From positions 58,156,001 to 58,220,000 of the forward strand of contig OX597830.1 of the NCBI GenBank assembly GCA_951406725.2: a DNA stretch of 64,000 bases, in the 5' to 3' direction. Source of the stretch: Octopus vulgaris. Taxonomy: Eukaryota. A program made the translations under genes and the position numbers. Of this stretch, positions 42,874-55,402 are shown in pieces. The notes under the pieces are model-generated. The model saw only the letters and a program-made list of their open reading frames with translations, searched no databases and was not told where the DNA came from. The stretch's first letter is position 1. Every line of letters starts with the position of its first letter.

Positions 42874-44691
42874 TTACGGAAGTATTTCAATCATAATGTC
42901 CGGGCTGAGTGTTAAGTGAGAAGATTGACACATCCGAAAGAAATTGACTTTACATCCTTTCATATTTCGCCAACCATCCAAAATGCCCCGTGGTCGATTG
43001 TTGTCGGTTTGCAGATGGTCAACATCACATTGACCATCAATTATCCACATCGAACGAAAACGTGCAAATGGAAATGTAGAGAGAGATCGTTTGTATATAA
43101 GTGGTGTGACTAATATTTCAGTCACACTACGTTTACTCAAAATATTAATGATGGCCGCTCCACCATCGTAATAGTTCACTTTCAATCGAACTCTGTCTTT
43201 AATTACCTCCATAATTTGAATTCTTGTGATTTCAGACACAGGACGGTAATCGCTTAAGTTACTTTGTCCAATGATTACAGAAGACCCGAACGGAATCCAA
43301 TCGACTTCTTCTGGGGGAAGTGGTAAAGTGCGCGAGTTACCATCTTGATATAAGACGAAAATTTGGTGGAAGTTAGCCGTCGTCGGGACACGTCTATAGA
43401 TGACAACAAAATCTATGTTGGGAAAATATTTGTTTTTATAGTTGATAAGGATTGTCTTAGGTCGGCGCCACCAAAAATCTACATTGACTCCTTTTATGAT
43501 GATGTCATCGTCTTTATAAATGTAGCTTTGTTTCTCTCCGCGTTCATTTCTTCTTGAAAGCTGAATATATTTAATGTTAATTGTTTGGTCAGAAGCGCTT
43601 GCTATTCTACAACTGATGGCATTCCACTGGTGTTCAGACCATGTGTAATCTGGTATCCCCCATGTCTGGTTCCGATGACCTGGTGTTATTAAATAACTAA
43701 TGCTCGGAGAAAGGTGTCCACCTCTTATAGTATAGGAACAGCCAACTGAGAAATGTCCTTCAACATTTGTAAAATGCATATCCAGAACTGATCCCACATC
43801 AGAATCAATTAAACCTTCAGCTTTTCCTTTCAGATTAAATTCAATTTTGAAAACGAAAGGAATTTTTTTCTTTATTCTAAATTTAAATGACATCAGAGTC
43901 GATCGAAGTGAAGAATCTGTTTTTTCTTTTTCGCTTAGCCTCCACAACAACGACGGACTTAAATTTTCGCAGTTTTTAAATTCTGCATGTTTTAGATTTA
44001 GTGAAGTGTTGTACTTCGGGTAGGAAGCCACAATTCGATATTTGAGAATATTTGGGTGAAAAAGTGCAATATCGATATTATCTTGCTCAGCACACAAAGT
44101 TGGAAAACTTCGTTGAACCAATTCCATATTACTCCTTGCAGAGCACTGAAGTTTTTCTTTCGTAGAATCGAAATTCGCCAGGCATTGTAAATAACACGCC
44201 AAAATAGATTCTCCAACAGTAGTATCGTTTGTCTCAATATTCACAGAGTCAATTTCAATGCCATATTTATCGGAATTATGTACGAATAACTCAAGATGAT
44301 GTACCCCTGTTTCAAGCACCATACTTTCAGTAATTCTGTCTGAGATGTAGAAATTGTTCCACAACACACCATATTTAGAATTCGTCTTTGAGGTAAAATT
44401 TCCTATAGGTATACCATCCAATGTTGCTATAATGTTATCAGAAAATCCGTCATTGGAATAACAGATGCTGGCTATTGAATAAAACGCAGTTCGTCTTACA
44501 CAAAGCGATAAGTTCAGTGTGTCTCCTTCGTTTAACAGGACAGTCTTCTTATCAGTTGCTCCGGCTCTGTGCATTATTTTGTGGTGCTTGTCGGCCCATT
44601 TTGATACAACCAGAGGCACCAAATGTTGTGCCAGAGTTATATAAGCAAACAGAACCAGCAATATCAACCTCACGACCATCTTCCAGACCAT
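42874..44691 (-). CDS. Uncharacterised predicted secreted protein with N-terminal CBM6/35-like domain (paralog A, ~605 aa, single coding exon)
   Basis: Uninterrupted ORF. First ATG at 44691 (alternative 44679); the ORF-track start at 44733 is a TTG. Hydrophobic signal VVRLILLVLFAYITLA. Colinear with the ORF at 60316-62136. Confidence 0.9.
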   Translation of the reverse strand: MVWKMVVRLILLVLFAYITLAQHLVPLVVSKWADKHHKIMHRAGATDKKTVLLNEGDTLNLSLCVRRTAFYSIASICYSNDGFSDNIIATLDGIPIGNFTSKTNSKYGVLWNNFYISDRITESMVLETGVHHLELFVHNSDKYGIEIDSVNIETNDTTVGESILACYLQCLANFDSTKEKLQCSARSNMELVQRSFPTLCAEQDNIDIALFHPNILKYRIVASYPKYNTSLNLKHAEFKNCENLSPSLLWRLSEKEKTDSSLRSTLMSFKFRIKKKIPFVFKIEFNLKGKAEGLIDSDVGSVLDMHFTNVEGHFSVGCSYTIRGGHLSPSISYLITPGHRNQTWGIPDYTWSEHQWNAISCRIASASDQTINIKYIQLSRRNERGEKQSYIYKDDDIIIKGVNVDFWWRRPKTILINYKNKYFPNIDFVVIYRRVPTTANFHQIFVLYQDGNSRTLPLPPEEVDWIPFGSSVIIGQSNLSDYRPVSEITRIQIMEVIKDRVRLKVNYYDGGAAIINILSKRSVTEILVTPLIYKRSLSTFPFARFRSMWIIDGQCDVDHLQTDNNRPRGILDGWRNMKGCKVNFFRMCQSSHLTLSPDIMIEILP

Positions 44692-45256
44692 TTTATGGAA
44701 GAGAGAGAGAAGAAAAGAGGTGGAAAAGAGCAATCAGTAAATGACAAAGAGAACAGTTATCTCTAAAAGAAACAGGAATATTTTAGCACCTTTCATTTTT
44801 ACGTCTACCATTAATTGTTGCACAGCTACAGCAAGCTTTTTGCCAGAGAACAAAAATAAACTTTAGCTAAAGTACTAAAACGACTCTAGTCATTGTACTT
44901 TACTGGAGTAGATTTGAGCAATTCCTTAGCCCGGTGCAATAGACTGGCCTTGTTTGTGATTATACAGTAATGAAGTGTTCTTGTTACTTTCATTGAAGTG
45001 GAACCATTTGATTGATGCTTTCTAACCGTTGACATTTAACTCATTGATTAACTTAACTCGTTAGGAAACTTCGTTGAACTAATTCCATGTTATCTGTGAA
45101 AGAACAATGGTAAGTGTCCCTCTTCCCATTCTTTTTCAAATGCCTTATTCTATGATGTCACGTGCCCTGCAACAAATTTTTTTTTATTGTATCTTGTCAT
45201 GTAATCAATAGAATTTTATAGCAAATCCTTCGTTTCAAACATACGTGGATTTATGG

Positions 45257-45490
45257 TCTCTGTTCGACGCGCTCGGTCATCTAGTGCGAAAACGAAAATC
45301 CGATGAGCGCGCGCTTCACTTCTTTACTGTAGACACAACAGCCAGGAACTGACGCGGCTTACCGGCGCGAAAATCTTCACGCATGCGGAGGAAGGGTGGC
45401 GTCACCTCTCACGCAAACGATTTTGCCCACTTCACATTAGTTCTGGTGGGGCAAAAATAGAGTGGTATACTTTTTCAACGCACCTTGTGT
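45257..45490 (-). mobile_element. 5' fragment of a mariner element (TIR, leader, MTERVEQR)
   Basis: Minus strand caaggtgcgttgaaaaagta resembles a mariner TIR; ATG at 45280 starts MTERVEQR, then truncation. Confidence 0.65.
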
Positions 45491-45494
45491 TTGT

Positions 45495-45865
45495 ATACAT
45501 ACATACATACATACATACATACATACATACATACATACATACATACATACATACATACATACATGCATACGTACATACATACATACGTGCATACATACGT
45601 GCATACGTACATAAATACATACATACGTGCATACGTACATACTATACATACATGCATACATACATGCGTGCGTACGTACGTACATACATACATACACACA
45701 TACATACACACATACATACATACACACATACATACATACATACATACATACATACATACATACATGCATACATGCATACATACATACATACATGCATACA
45801 TGCATACATACATACATACATACATACATACATACGTGCATACATACATACTATACATACATATA
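45495..45865. repeat. (TACA)n microsatellite
   Basis: Direct reading. Confidence 0.95.
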
Positions 45866-45997
45866 TGAGAGGTATTGGTATCCAGAAGACCCAAGATGGC
45901 AGGTAAGGCTTAAGTGCTACAGGTGTCCGTAGTTAGACTCTCGGTCCGATAATAATACGAGTGAGGAGTTTAATGCGGGTCTTGTTTGAGCAGCTTT

Positions 45998-47265
45998 ATG
46001 TTAAATGAAATGAAACAACAAAGCCAAAGCTGTGTGGAGTTTTTAAGACATTTATAAAGAAAAAGTTAGTCTTACAGCTGTTTCTGGGATATCAGGGATA
46101 TCCCTTCATCAGAGACGACGTGAGAGAGCTAACAAGAGGTAGATAGTTCAAAATAAGGAGTTATTTTGTAAAAGGACAGATATAGGAAGTATAAAAGGAA
46201 ATAAGAGAATAAAATTAAAAGTAAAAATATAAATAGGATGTTACAGTTGTATATAAGTGTATGTGTGTGTATGAACGCGTGTATGCAGATATGCGTATGG
46301 GTATAGGTACATAAGTATGCGGGACCATATAATAGTACATATACACATTCATATGTATATGTGTGTATTTCTATATGCACATCTTTCGTTCTGTCTCTGA
46401 TTCATCAGCCCCCACTATCACTTTAACTAGTACAATAAATACCTACGACCACTTTTAGAAATTTGACCATATCTTATTATTCTTCCTTTCACTTTTGAGG
46501 TTTTCTACTCACTTTATTAAACCTCCATAGTTTTCCTTTACCTATCTCCCCACCTTAGAGCCTTTCAAATATATCACCCCATCTCCCACTTCTCACACAT
46601 ATTCCTACCTTACATTCTTATCCCTTCCTTCTATCCCTCTCCCTATTCCTTTTATCCTGATAGCTCTCCTCTGCCACCTACTCACAATATCTTGACCACC
46701 ATCTAGCACTCCTTTTTTCATTTCTTCTTCCACTTCCTTTCTTCTTTCCTTCCCTATTCCTTTTGACTAATACCATTCTCCTCCTAACATACATATCTAT
46801 TCTATTCTCTCTATCTACTTACTCCTATCACTACATTCTCAAAATTTCATTCACACCACAAGACCCTTTGAATGAACAGCACATGGAATTTATGTCTCCA
46901 CACCATCCATTTGTAATAACAAAATATGAACTCCAATTGGAATCTACATACCATGCACAAGAAGTATTTCTACCCATTTTACACAGCATTTTCCTCGGAT
47001 AATGGAACTACAACTGTAACATCCTACATATATTTTTATTTTTACCTTTATTCTCTTATTTCCCTTTATACTTCCTTTATCCCTCCTTTTCCCAAATAAC
47101 TCCTTATATTGAACTTTACTATTTCCCTCTAGTTAACTCTCTTACATCATCTCTGAAAGGGATATCCCTAATATCCCAGAAACAGCTGTAAAACTACCTT
47201 TCTCTTTATAAATGTCCTATAAATTCCACACAGCCTTAGTTATGCTGTCTCATTTTATTTAACAT
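45998..47265. mobile_element. Penelope-like remnant with inverted ~255-bp terminal arms carrying HHR motifs
   Basis: Diverged inverted arms ~45998-46251 and 47008-47265; minus strand gtct-CTGATGA-agggatatc cct gatatccca-GAAA-CAGCTG-TA-agac. Confidence 0.65.
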
Positions 47266-47701
47266 GCATACATACATGTATACATACATGCATACATACA
47301 TACATACATACATACATACATACATACATACGTAAAGAAATCATGTTTTTATTTCTTTAAGAAATATTGTTTAATTCTGTTTGATTATTTATTAAAAATA
47401 TGTATGTATTTAACTATTATTAGATTAAGTTTAAATTTAATTGTAATTCGAATTGAAGTTATAGCCACGAAACGTACGTAGTCTTGTTACTTATTATATA
47501 CTGTTTATTTATTATTATGTACTTTTTGTGATCTAGATAAATGTTTTATCATATATTTTATTTTTTTCTATATGGTATGTTTTATGTCTATCATTGTTTG
47601 AATTATATAATAGTGGTTTTTCTCTAATATATATATATATATATATATATACGTATATGTATATATGTGTGTGTGTGTATTAATATGCATAACACACAAA
47701 C

Positions 47702-47828
<127 letters not shown>

Positions 47829-47933
47829 CGTGTGTGTGTGTGCGTGTGTATTATATGCTTAGCAATAATATTTTTTATGTTTTAACCAATCGGTTCAACC
47901 GAAAAAAATTCTGCCTGAAAGAAATTTAAATTA

Positions 47934-48037
<104 letters not shown>

Positions 48038-48760
48038 GCACTGCTAGAACCCATTAACTTACGACCCAGATGTACACAGGAAACTGAAATTAAATTGTTG
48101 ACTTTTCATTTCCTGTTTGTGGACAACAGTGCGTGTGTATACTCATGTACAATCGTGAATATTAATTAAATACTCTTTTGTCCCGAATGTCATTTATGTA
48201 TGACATTTTGGATTAATTTCGGGTGAGATTCTGTTGTAATTTTCTTAAGCACGTTTCAATAACAATTCAAACCATTTCCTTTTGACTATCTTGAAATTTT
48301 CATTGACAAATGAAAGTTATGTCCATGCCTGATAAGATTTGCCGTAGAAAGATTGTGTTACTATGCTGTTACTTTCCGTTTCTGAGTTCATTTCTCATCA
48401 TGGTCGACATCCGCTTTCCTCACTCCTAAGTCAGTGAGTAAATTGGCAAAGGTGGGCACCGTTAATCGAAAAGTAAACTTCACGAACCGTTAATCTGTTA
48501 CCCAGAAAGTTAACTTCGATAACTGTGAACCATTTAATTCTTTAAAAATGTAACGGAACTTATCGATTAACCGTTAACCGTTATTATCGATAATTTTTAT
48601 TACAGAAAAAAGAAAAAAAGAACGCAGTTTCTGCTCTAAAACCACACAAAAACACCTTTAAAAAGGACCCTTTAAAAAGGGCCAATTCAACTGAATTGAA
48701 GCTAACGGATGTTAACTTAAGTTGACTTTAGTTGACAGAAGTTAAATGTAAAGGATGTTA

Positions 48761-50028
48761 CGAGGGGCGTTCAATAAGTAATGCCCCTGACCCACTTCCC
48801 ATAGCAGTAGAGCAACGAAACTTGGCACAGTTATTAGTCTTTTTTTACATAGGAACCACCCAGAGTTACGCATTTCTCCCATCGTTTGATGCAGCTCTGG
48901 AGACCGTTTTTGTAGAAGACCCCAGCTTGGTTCTCCAACCTCAACGTGACTTCAGAAATCAAGGCTGCATCATCTGGGAAACGCTTTCCTTTCAAAAACA
49001 ACTTCATGATTGGGAAGAGGTGAAAATCAGAGGGTGCAAGGTCAGGAAAGTAGGGGGGTGGGGGAGGAGTTCATAGCCGCACGCCTGTGCTTCTGATCTG
49101 GCGACAAGCGAGTTGTGGACCGGAGCGTTGTCCTGCAGGAGGAGGATGCCTTTGCTGATCTTGCCCCGCTTCTTGATTTTGATAGCTTCTCTTAATTTCC
49201 TCAAAAGTGAAGCATAATAGGCTCCTGTAATTGTGGTACCCTTTGCCAAGAAATCTGTCATCACTACTCCGTCCTGGTCCCAGAAGACTGTGAGCATGAC
49301 CTTGCCAGCGGAGGGCTGTACCCTTGCCTTCTTTGGAGGAGGTGAGTCACGGTGCTTCCACTGCATTGACTGGGCTTTGATCTCTGGATCATAGTGATGG
49401 ACCCAAGTTTCATCCTCTGTAATCAGTCTTCTAAAAAATTTTGACTCATCTTCTTGACACATCTCCAAATTCATCCTCGAGCACTCGACGCGTTCTTGCT
49501 TCTGGAAAGGTGTGAGCAACCTGGGAATCCATCTGGCAGACACCTTTTGCATATGCAAATGGTCATGAATGATAGTTTCCACAGACCCGGTACTAATCTT
49601 GACCTCATGGGCTATCTAGCGAATAGTTATACGTTGATCTTCCAAAATGGCAGCCTCAACTTGACGGACAGATGCCTCATCAATGGCAGAAGGGGGGCGA
49701 CCAGATCTGGGAGCTGTTTCTACAGAGTTCCGACCATGTTTAAATTCACGATGCCAGCGTTTTACAAGGTCATATGATGGAGCATCATCACCATAAGTTA
49801 CTTTCATTTCATCAAAAGTCTCCCGTGGTGTGCGTCCTTTCAAATACAAAAACCGGATCACTGCTCGACACTCAACTGGCTCCATTTCACACTTGACTCT
49901 GTTCAAACACCTATAAATCAGAAACCACAATTAGTTCAGAGCTGTAATTTGCCACTTAATCTATAGAGATATAGCTAGATCAAACAACTGCAAGTGGGTC
50001 AGAAGCATTACTTATTGAGCGTCCCTCG
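48761..50028 (-). mobile_element. Full-length mariner (DD34D) transposon, 1268 bp
   Basis: TA TSD at both ends; ~37-bp TIRs cgaggggcgttcaataagtaatgc... Confidence 0.95.
48834..49885 (-). pseudogene. Mariner transposase pseudogene
   Basis: MEPVECRAVIRFL..., WIPRLL, ITEDETW, LQDNAPVH, PDLAPSDF. One in-frame TAG at 49618-49616 and a 1-bp frameshift in the C-run near 49055. Confidence 0.93.
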
Positions 50029-50268
50029 TAATTGGTTCGATATTGATTTCCAAAAGTTAAATCGTTAATAAAACCGTTAATTTCGTTAATTAACGACTAA
50101 CGGATTAACTGTTTGGTGTCCAGGTTTGTAAATTGGACACTAACCAAAGTCTGTTGAGCATCATGATAAAATGGAAGATTTGTCAGCGTACAGGGCAGAA
50201 TGCGCTGTGAAATTGGTCTCGGCTTATTGCGCTCTAAGGTCGCAATCCAGGAATATCGGATGAGATGC

Positions 50269-50569
50269 TGTTACACATTCATATCTATGTGTATACGTAG
50301 GTATACGTGTGTAGAATATATCCCCACTTTTGGCACTATTTTGTTTGTAAACTGTACGAACTGTGTCTAAAGTATATATGTATTACTACGCCGAATGTTG
50401 ACAGTTCATGTAACAAGTAAAGTAAATAAACACGTAAAACAATAACAATGCCTTCGTTTGAGTTGTCCATCACCCATCGAGAACGAAACTACACATAACA
50501 TGGTGGCAGCGGTGGGATGTATTCTACACACGTATACCTACGTATACACATAGATATGAATGTGTAACA
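50269..50569. mobile_element. 301-bp MITE with TGTTA...TAACA ends (Ginger2-like)
   Basis: ~50-bp perfect TIRs; 5-bp TSD GATGC at 50264-50268 and 50570-50574. Superfamily assignment is inference. Confidence 0.75.
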
Positions 50570-51574
50570 GATGCCTTGCGACATTTGTTCTGCCCCTCTC
50601 TGTATTCTGAGTTCTTGGTTGCCGGTTTAACACTGCTGTCTGGTTCTTGGATGTCTTTAAAATGTTTGTTGAAATATTCAAGTAAAGTCTTTGGTTTTAC
50701 GAAAATTCTCTCTCTCTCTCTTTTATCAGTTTCTGGAACCTTGAAAAAATAAAGAGACATGGATTCTGGCCTTCCTTTCATGACTAAACGATGAAAATAA
50801 GTCGTTATACGATAACAAGGGCTAATAAAAAATAAAGTAGAAGACTTAGACAAATACTATAATTCATTTTATCATATCAAAGAACCAGAATTTGCTATCG
50901 TCGAATCAATTGCTTTCTTTTTCGTTAAAGCATTCAGTCTATCGTCATGTAATCTTATGAGTACTGATTGGCTCGGTTGGGGACAAAAATCTCCTGTCAT
51001 GTTAGAATATTCATCAAACATTGCAGTTCATGCGGTGAAATTAATGCTTCACTGATGAGGTCATAATAAAACCGAAACAATCTTGGAGTTGTCTTCCGTA
51101 CAAGCCGAAATAATAAAAATTACTATTAGTCATTGACTAATACTTCCTCCTCATCACGTAAGTAATATTAGCTTTTTAATTTTAGCCTTTTAATGTTGTT
51201 TGCATTAAACTTTCACTTCCATTCTTTGGCGGTGTGTGGGTGTGGGGGGGGGGGGGTAAATAAAAATAAAGTACGAGTGAAATATTGAGGTCGATTGTAT
51301 GAATCCTCTACTCCCCTTCCCCTCAAAATTGCTGTCCTTGTTTGGTAATAACTCACTGACAACAACTCTCACGCTTATATAAATATTAAAAAAAAGCAGA
51401 CAGTTGCCTTTCAGCTTATACAACCACCACCACCACCACCACCACCACCACCACTATAACCACTACTATTACCACCTTCGCCATCACCGCAGCCACCACT
51501 ACTGGTACCATCATTACCATCACACTACTACAACTGTCGCCCCTGTCGCTTCCGCTGTCGCCGCCGCTGCCACG

Positions 51575-51635
<61 letters not shown>

Positions 51636-52607
51636 TTTTGTAATTCAGGCATGACACTACAGTGTTGCTGAAGAAGCTTGCCAATATCATGTGACCAAAC
51701 AATATTCGAGCAAAGAGCACTGCTCTGCAATGGATTCCTGAAAGTGAGCAGATTTAAGAAGAAATAGGAAGACATACTCAAAGTTGTATAAATGATTTAC
51801 GGATAAAAAAAAAATAGGATAAAGTATCCTCTGGTTCAACCCGCCCTTTAACATAAATGAAGTGACAAATATGGCAAAGCATCCTTAACACTTCCCAAAT
51901 GACCATAGATACCCCATGCTTACAGGATCAATACACGAATTAACTGCAGCTGCACAAAGAACCAAAACTTCGCCATCCAATCTATAATTTTCAGAAATCC
52001 GCAGCAAAATGTAGATGCAATTTGAACGCAATAAAACCAAGGCCCCTAAGTGGTAATTGGTAAGCAAAACAATATAGGAACGTAAAATACGGAGAAAACT
52101 ACATCAGAGCAACAAACGGGTCACACCGGATAAGCTGCTGAAGGAAGACAATGTCTCTGATGAAGCACATTTGGAACATGAGGAGGATATAGCTTAGAAA
52201 ATAACAGTTATATAAATGGTTCCAGATACACTCTCTACGGGTCTCAGAAAAATATTACATAATTCGCAACAAATGTGCGTTCAATAGAAGGAATTAAATG
52301 AAAATCAACAAATTATCCCACAGAAAAGAATGAGAATTTAGAGACACCAGATATAAAATGAAAACCCACCAAAATGTATCAAAAGCATTTTTAGCGACAT
52401 CAGATATAAAATAACACATTATGTAGTAGACAGAATCACAACTTTAATAAAACAGGATGTGTGACGTAATCGACAAACAGACAAAGGACAAACTCTGCTG
52501 AAGAAGGCGGCCAATAGAAAGCGACAAGTGAAATAAGTCGTGCAGAACAGCGCTGAAACCGAAACAGGATGCGAGCACACAATTAATTCAGATAATTGAA
52601 ATAACAA

Positions 52608-52695
<88 letters not shown>

Positions 52696-53648
52696 ATGTA
52701 TGTATGTACGTATGTATGTATTATGCATGTATTTATAAGCTCTAGGCCTTCACAGTTAACGCACGCACACGCACACATTTACACACACACACACACACAC
52801 ACATACGCACACTCACTCACTGTTCATTTTGTCCACTTGGCATGTCAAATCCATGATTTTTGTTGTCAAAATATTCTTACGTGTTGGTTTGGTTTGTAGA
52901 ACAGAAAACTATTCTATTGAAATTAATGAGTCAGACGATGGGGGATTACCAGAGATTTCAGAGCATCAGCCAAAAGGCATACGGTATCTAGTTACAACTT
53001 TTTATTACGTTCCGAGTTCAAAATTTGCAAAGATCGATTTTCTTTTTGATCCCCTCCGGGGTCAATAAGACTGGATAGCAGTCAATTAAAGCGATCACGC
53101 ATTCAAATTAACATTCCTATAAATCCCTTTGGATTCGAATGGAGTTATATAGTAGAAGACTAAAACTAAAATTTGATATTTCCGTTAGTAAAACTTATCA
53201 AGTGAAAATGCATCGAAACAAAATTTGAGAATCAATGAATAAGCAAGGGGAGTAACTCTGAGCAACATTGCATATGGTTTAACGGCATTTCGCCTGTCTT
53301 CGTGTTCTGGTTCAAATTCTACCGCGGTCGACTTTGCCTTTCATCCTTTTGGGGTCGATAAATTAAGTACCAGCTGAGCACTGGAGGTTGATGTAAACGA
53401 CTTACCCCGTCCATTGGAATTGGTGGCCTTGTGCCCAAATTTGAAATCACACACACATACATGTATGCATGTATTTGTAAGTGAAAATACATACATACGT
53501 ACATACATACATAATGTGAATTTGTCTGTTAAGTACATCCCAGAGAGGGAGCCTTGTGTCTTTGTTGGAAACCGGCTCCCTCCCCAGTGGAAGGTTTATA
53601 ATAATTAAAAAATAGAAGAGACATGCGCGCGCGCGCGCACACACACAT

Positions 53649-53681
<33 letters not shown>

Positions 53682-54085
53682 CATGTATAGAACTGTATTT
53701 TTGTGTGTGTGTGTGTGTCAAAATATTATGACATTGTCAGATAGTGATAAATGCTCTTATTTGACAAGTTACCAATGCGTATTGCAATGACAACCCCTCC
53801 CCCTCATACACACACACACAAACATTTCATTGTTGTGCTTCGAAAGAATTTCCTGAATTTCTGAGTCAGCTGATCCTCACAATAGGAAACTCTAAGCATT
53901 AGTTCATTATTGAGCACTACCGTTGACTCCTACCCAGGAATAGATTTCTCGTTATTAATATATCATTTTAAAAATAATTATGGTTTAGCTTATTAGACAT
54001 TCCATAGAGTAGGGTTGTCCTCAAAATGGAAGCCATGAATACCTACGAAGTTTCACAGTGTTTTAATTTATCACAACTTTATCTT

Positions 54086-54270
54086 TCAGTTCTATATTTA
54101 AGAGAAGAAGAATTATGCACATTATTTACAATTGACGGATATTTGTCCTCGTCTTGTTTGTTGTTTCCCCAAGACACCTGATGAAGGTTGGAGGTTATAT
54201 CAGCCGAAACGTGTTAACGACAAACAAGATGAGAAACAAATATCCGTCAATTGTAAATAATGTAAATAAT
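54086..54270. mobile_element. Short fold-back copy of the 4737-5242 family, with the HHR-like core in the loop
   Basis: Arms attatttacaattgacggatatttg.. / ..caaatatccgtcaattgtaaataat; CTGATGA at 54178-54184 followed by ..cagccGAAAC. Confidence 0.7.
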
Positions 54271-54385
54271 GAACTTTATCGTTGTTTGTTAATTTAACCC
54301 TGAAAATTATTAGACGGTCTTCATGTAATTTCAACTGTTGAAGCTTGTGAATTTTCCGAATTAAATTTACTCGTGACGTTGAAGT

Positions 54386-55402
54386 TGTAGCGGTCTCTGA
54401 TATCGTCACTGTTTGAGAGACACGGCAGGAATGATCTCGTTCGAGATTACAGCCATCTTTGGCCGAGTTGTTCCTGTTGTAACCACTGACCTGATTGGTT
54501 GACATGTGGCGCGATTTGTCTCTACTTATTTCGCGCCACTGGCCAAAGCCAACCAATCACGGCCTTTGGTTAAGGTCCCTTTTTCCTAGGCTCTGTTGAG
54601 CCACCTTACTTGTATATAAAGGTGTGTTCTCAGTATACTAGGGTCTTTGGTTCTAGTCCTTCTAAGGACTAACCTCTGACCACAGAGCTACTCAACATGT
54701 TCCAGTCACAGCGACAGACGATCAGCCACGACGACGCTAATGTACACCCGCAACAGAACGCCTTCTATCTCCGCCGCCGTCGTCACCATCATTGTACCAA
54801 CTTCAAGTCGTCTCTACCATCGTCGCCATCACCATCGTCCACTTCAGACATGTACACACCAGCTTCACAGATCCACGCTGTTAGAGTGAATCCCTTCACC
54901 AAGTAGAAACAGTCCATCTGAAGAATTCTACATTAAGAGAACCAGCTCGGTGATTGAGACCACGACCGCGGCTCGACAATAATTCGCCCAACCGGTCTCC
55001 GCCTGAGACACAACATCTTGATATTGAACTCTTACACTTCGTGTACCTCATGAACTGTAAAACAATTTCCATCATTAACTCTATGCTCTGTACTTATGCT
55101 CTGTCACACGCATTCACCCTTATTGTATCTGTCACACACACGAACACAGAGACACAAACACGTGTTGCAAGCACACACATACACAACACCTGCTAGCACT
55201 CACAACCTTCTAACCTTAACACCATTTGTAAATAAAATCTTATCTATCTCTCAAACAGTGGAACGGCTTGTCGTCAATTCATCTATAATCTGTTGGCACT
55301 GCATTGTATAAATTGTATTTATGGCTTATCTTATTTCGTTAGGGATGCGACCGCGTGACTTACCTATGTCACCAACCTCCACATACGGTCGTATTTCCTA
55401 CA
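54386..55402 (+). mobile_element. Solo LTR (1017 bp, probably Ty3/gypsy)
   Basis: TGTAG...CTACA ends; 4-bp TSD AAGT at 54382-54385 and 55403-55406; CCAAT near 54554, TATATAAA at 54613-54620, AATAAA at 55231-55236. Confidence 0.82.

Larger units (their letters stand above)
48447..50128. mobile_element. Non-autonomous hAT-like element interrupted by a mariner
   Basis: 8-bp TSD TAAATTGG at 48439-48446 and 50129-50136; imperfect TIRs caaaggtgggcacc / ggtgtccaggtttg; subterminal cgttaa repeats. Confidence 0.8.

Noticed and set aside
44692-44733. N-terminal 14 aa of the 619-aa ORF call
   Set aside because: Starts at TTG within a pyrimidine tract; a eukaryotic start is more plausibly ATG 44691 or 44679
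51404-51781. His/Thr/Ser-rich ORFs
   Set aside because: Derived from (CAC)n and (TAC)n trinucleotide repeats; no splice or start support
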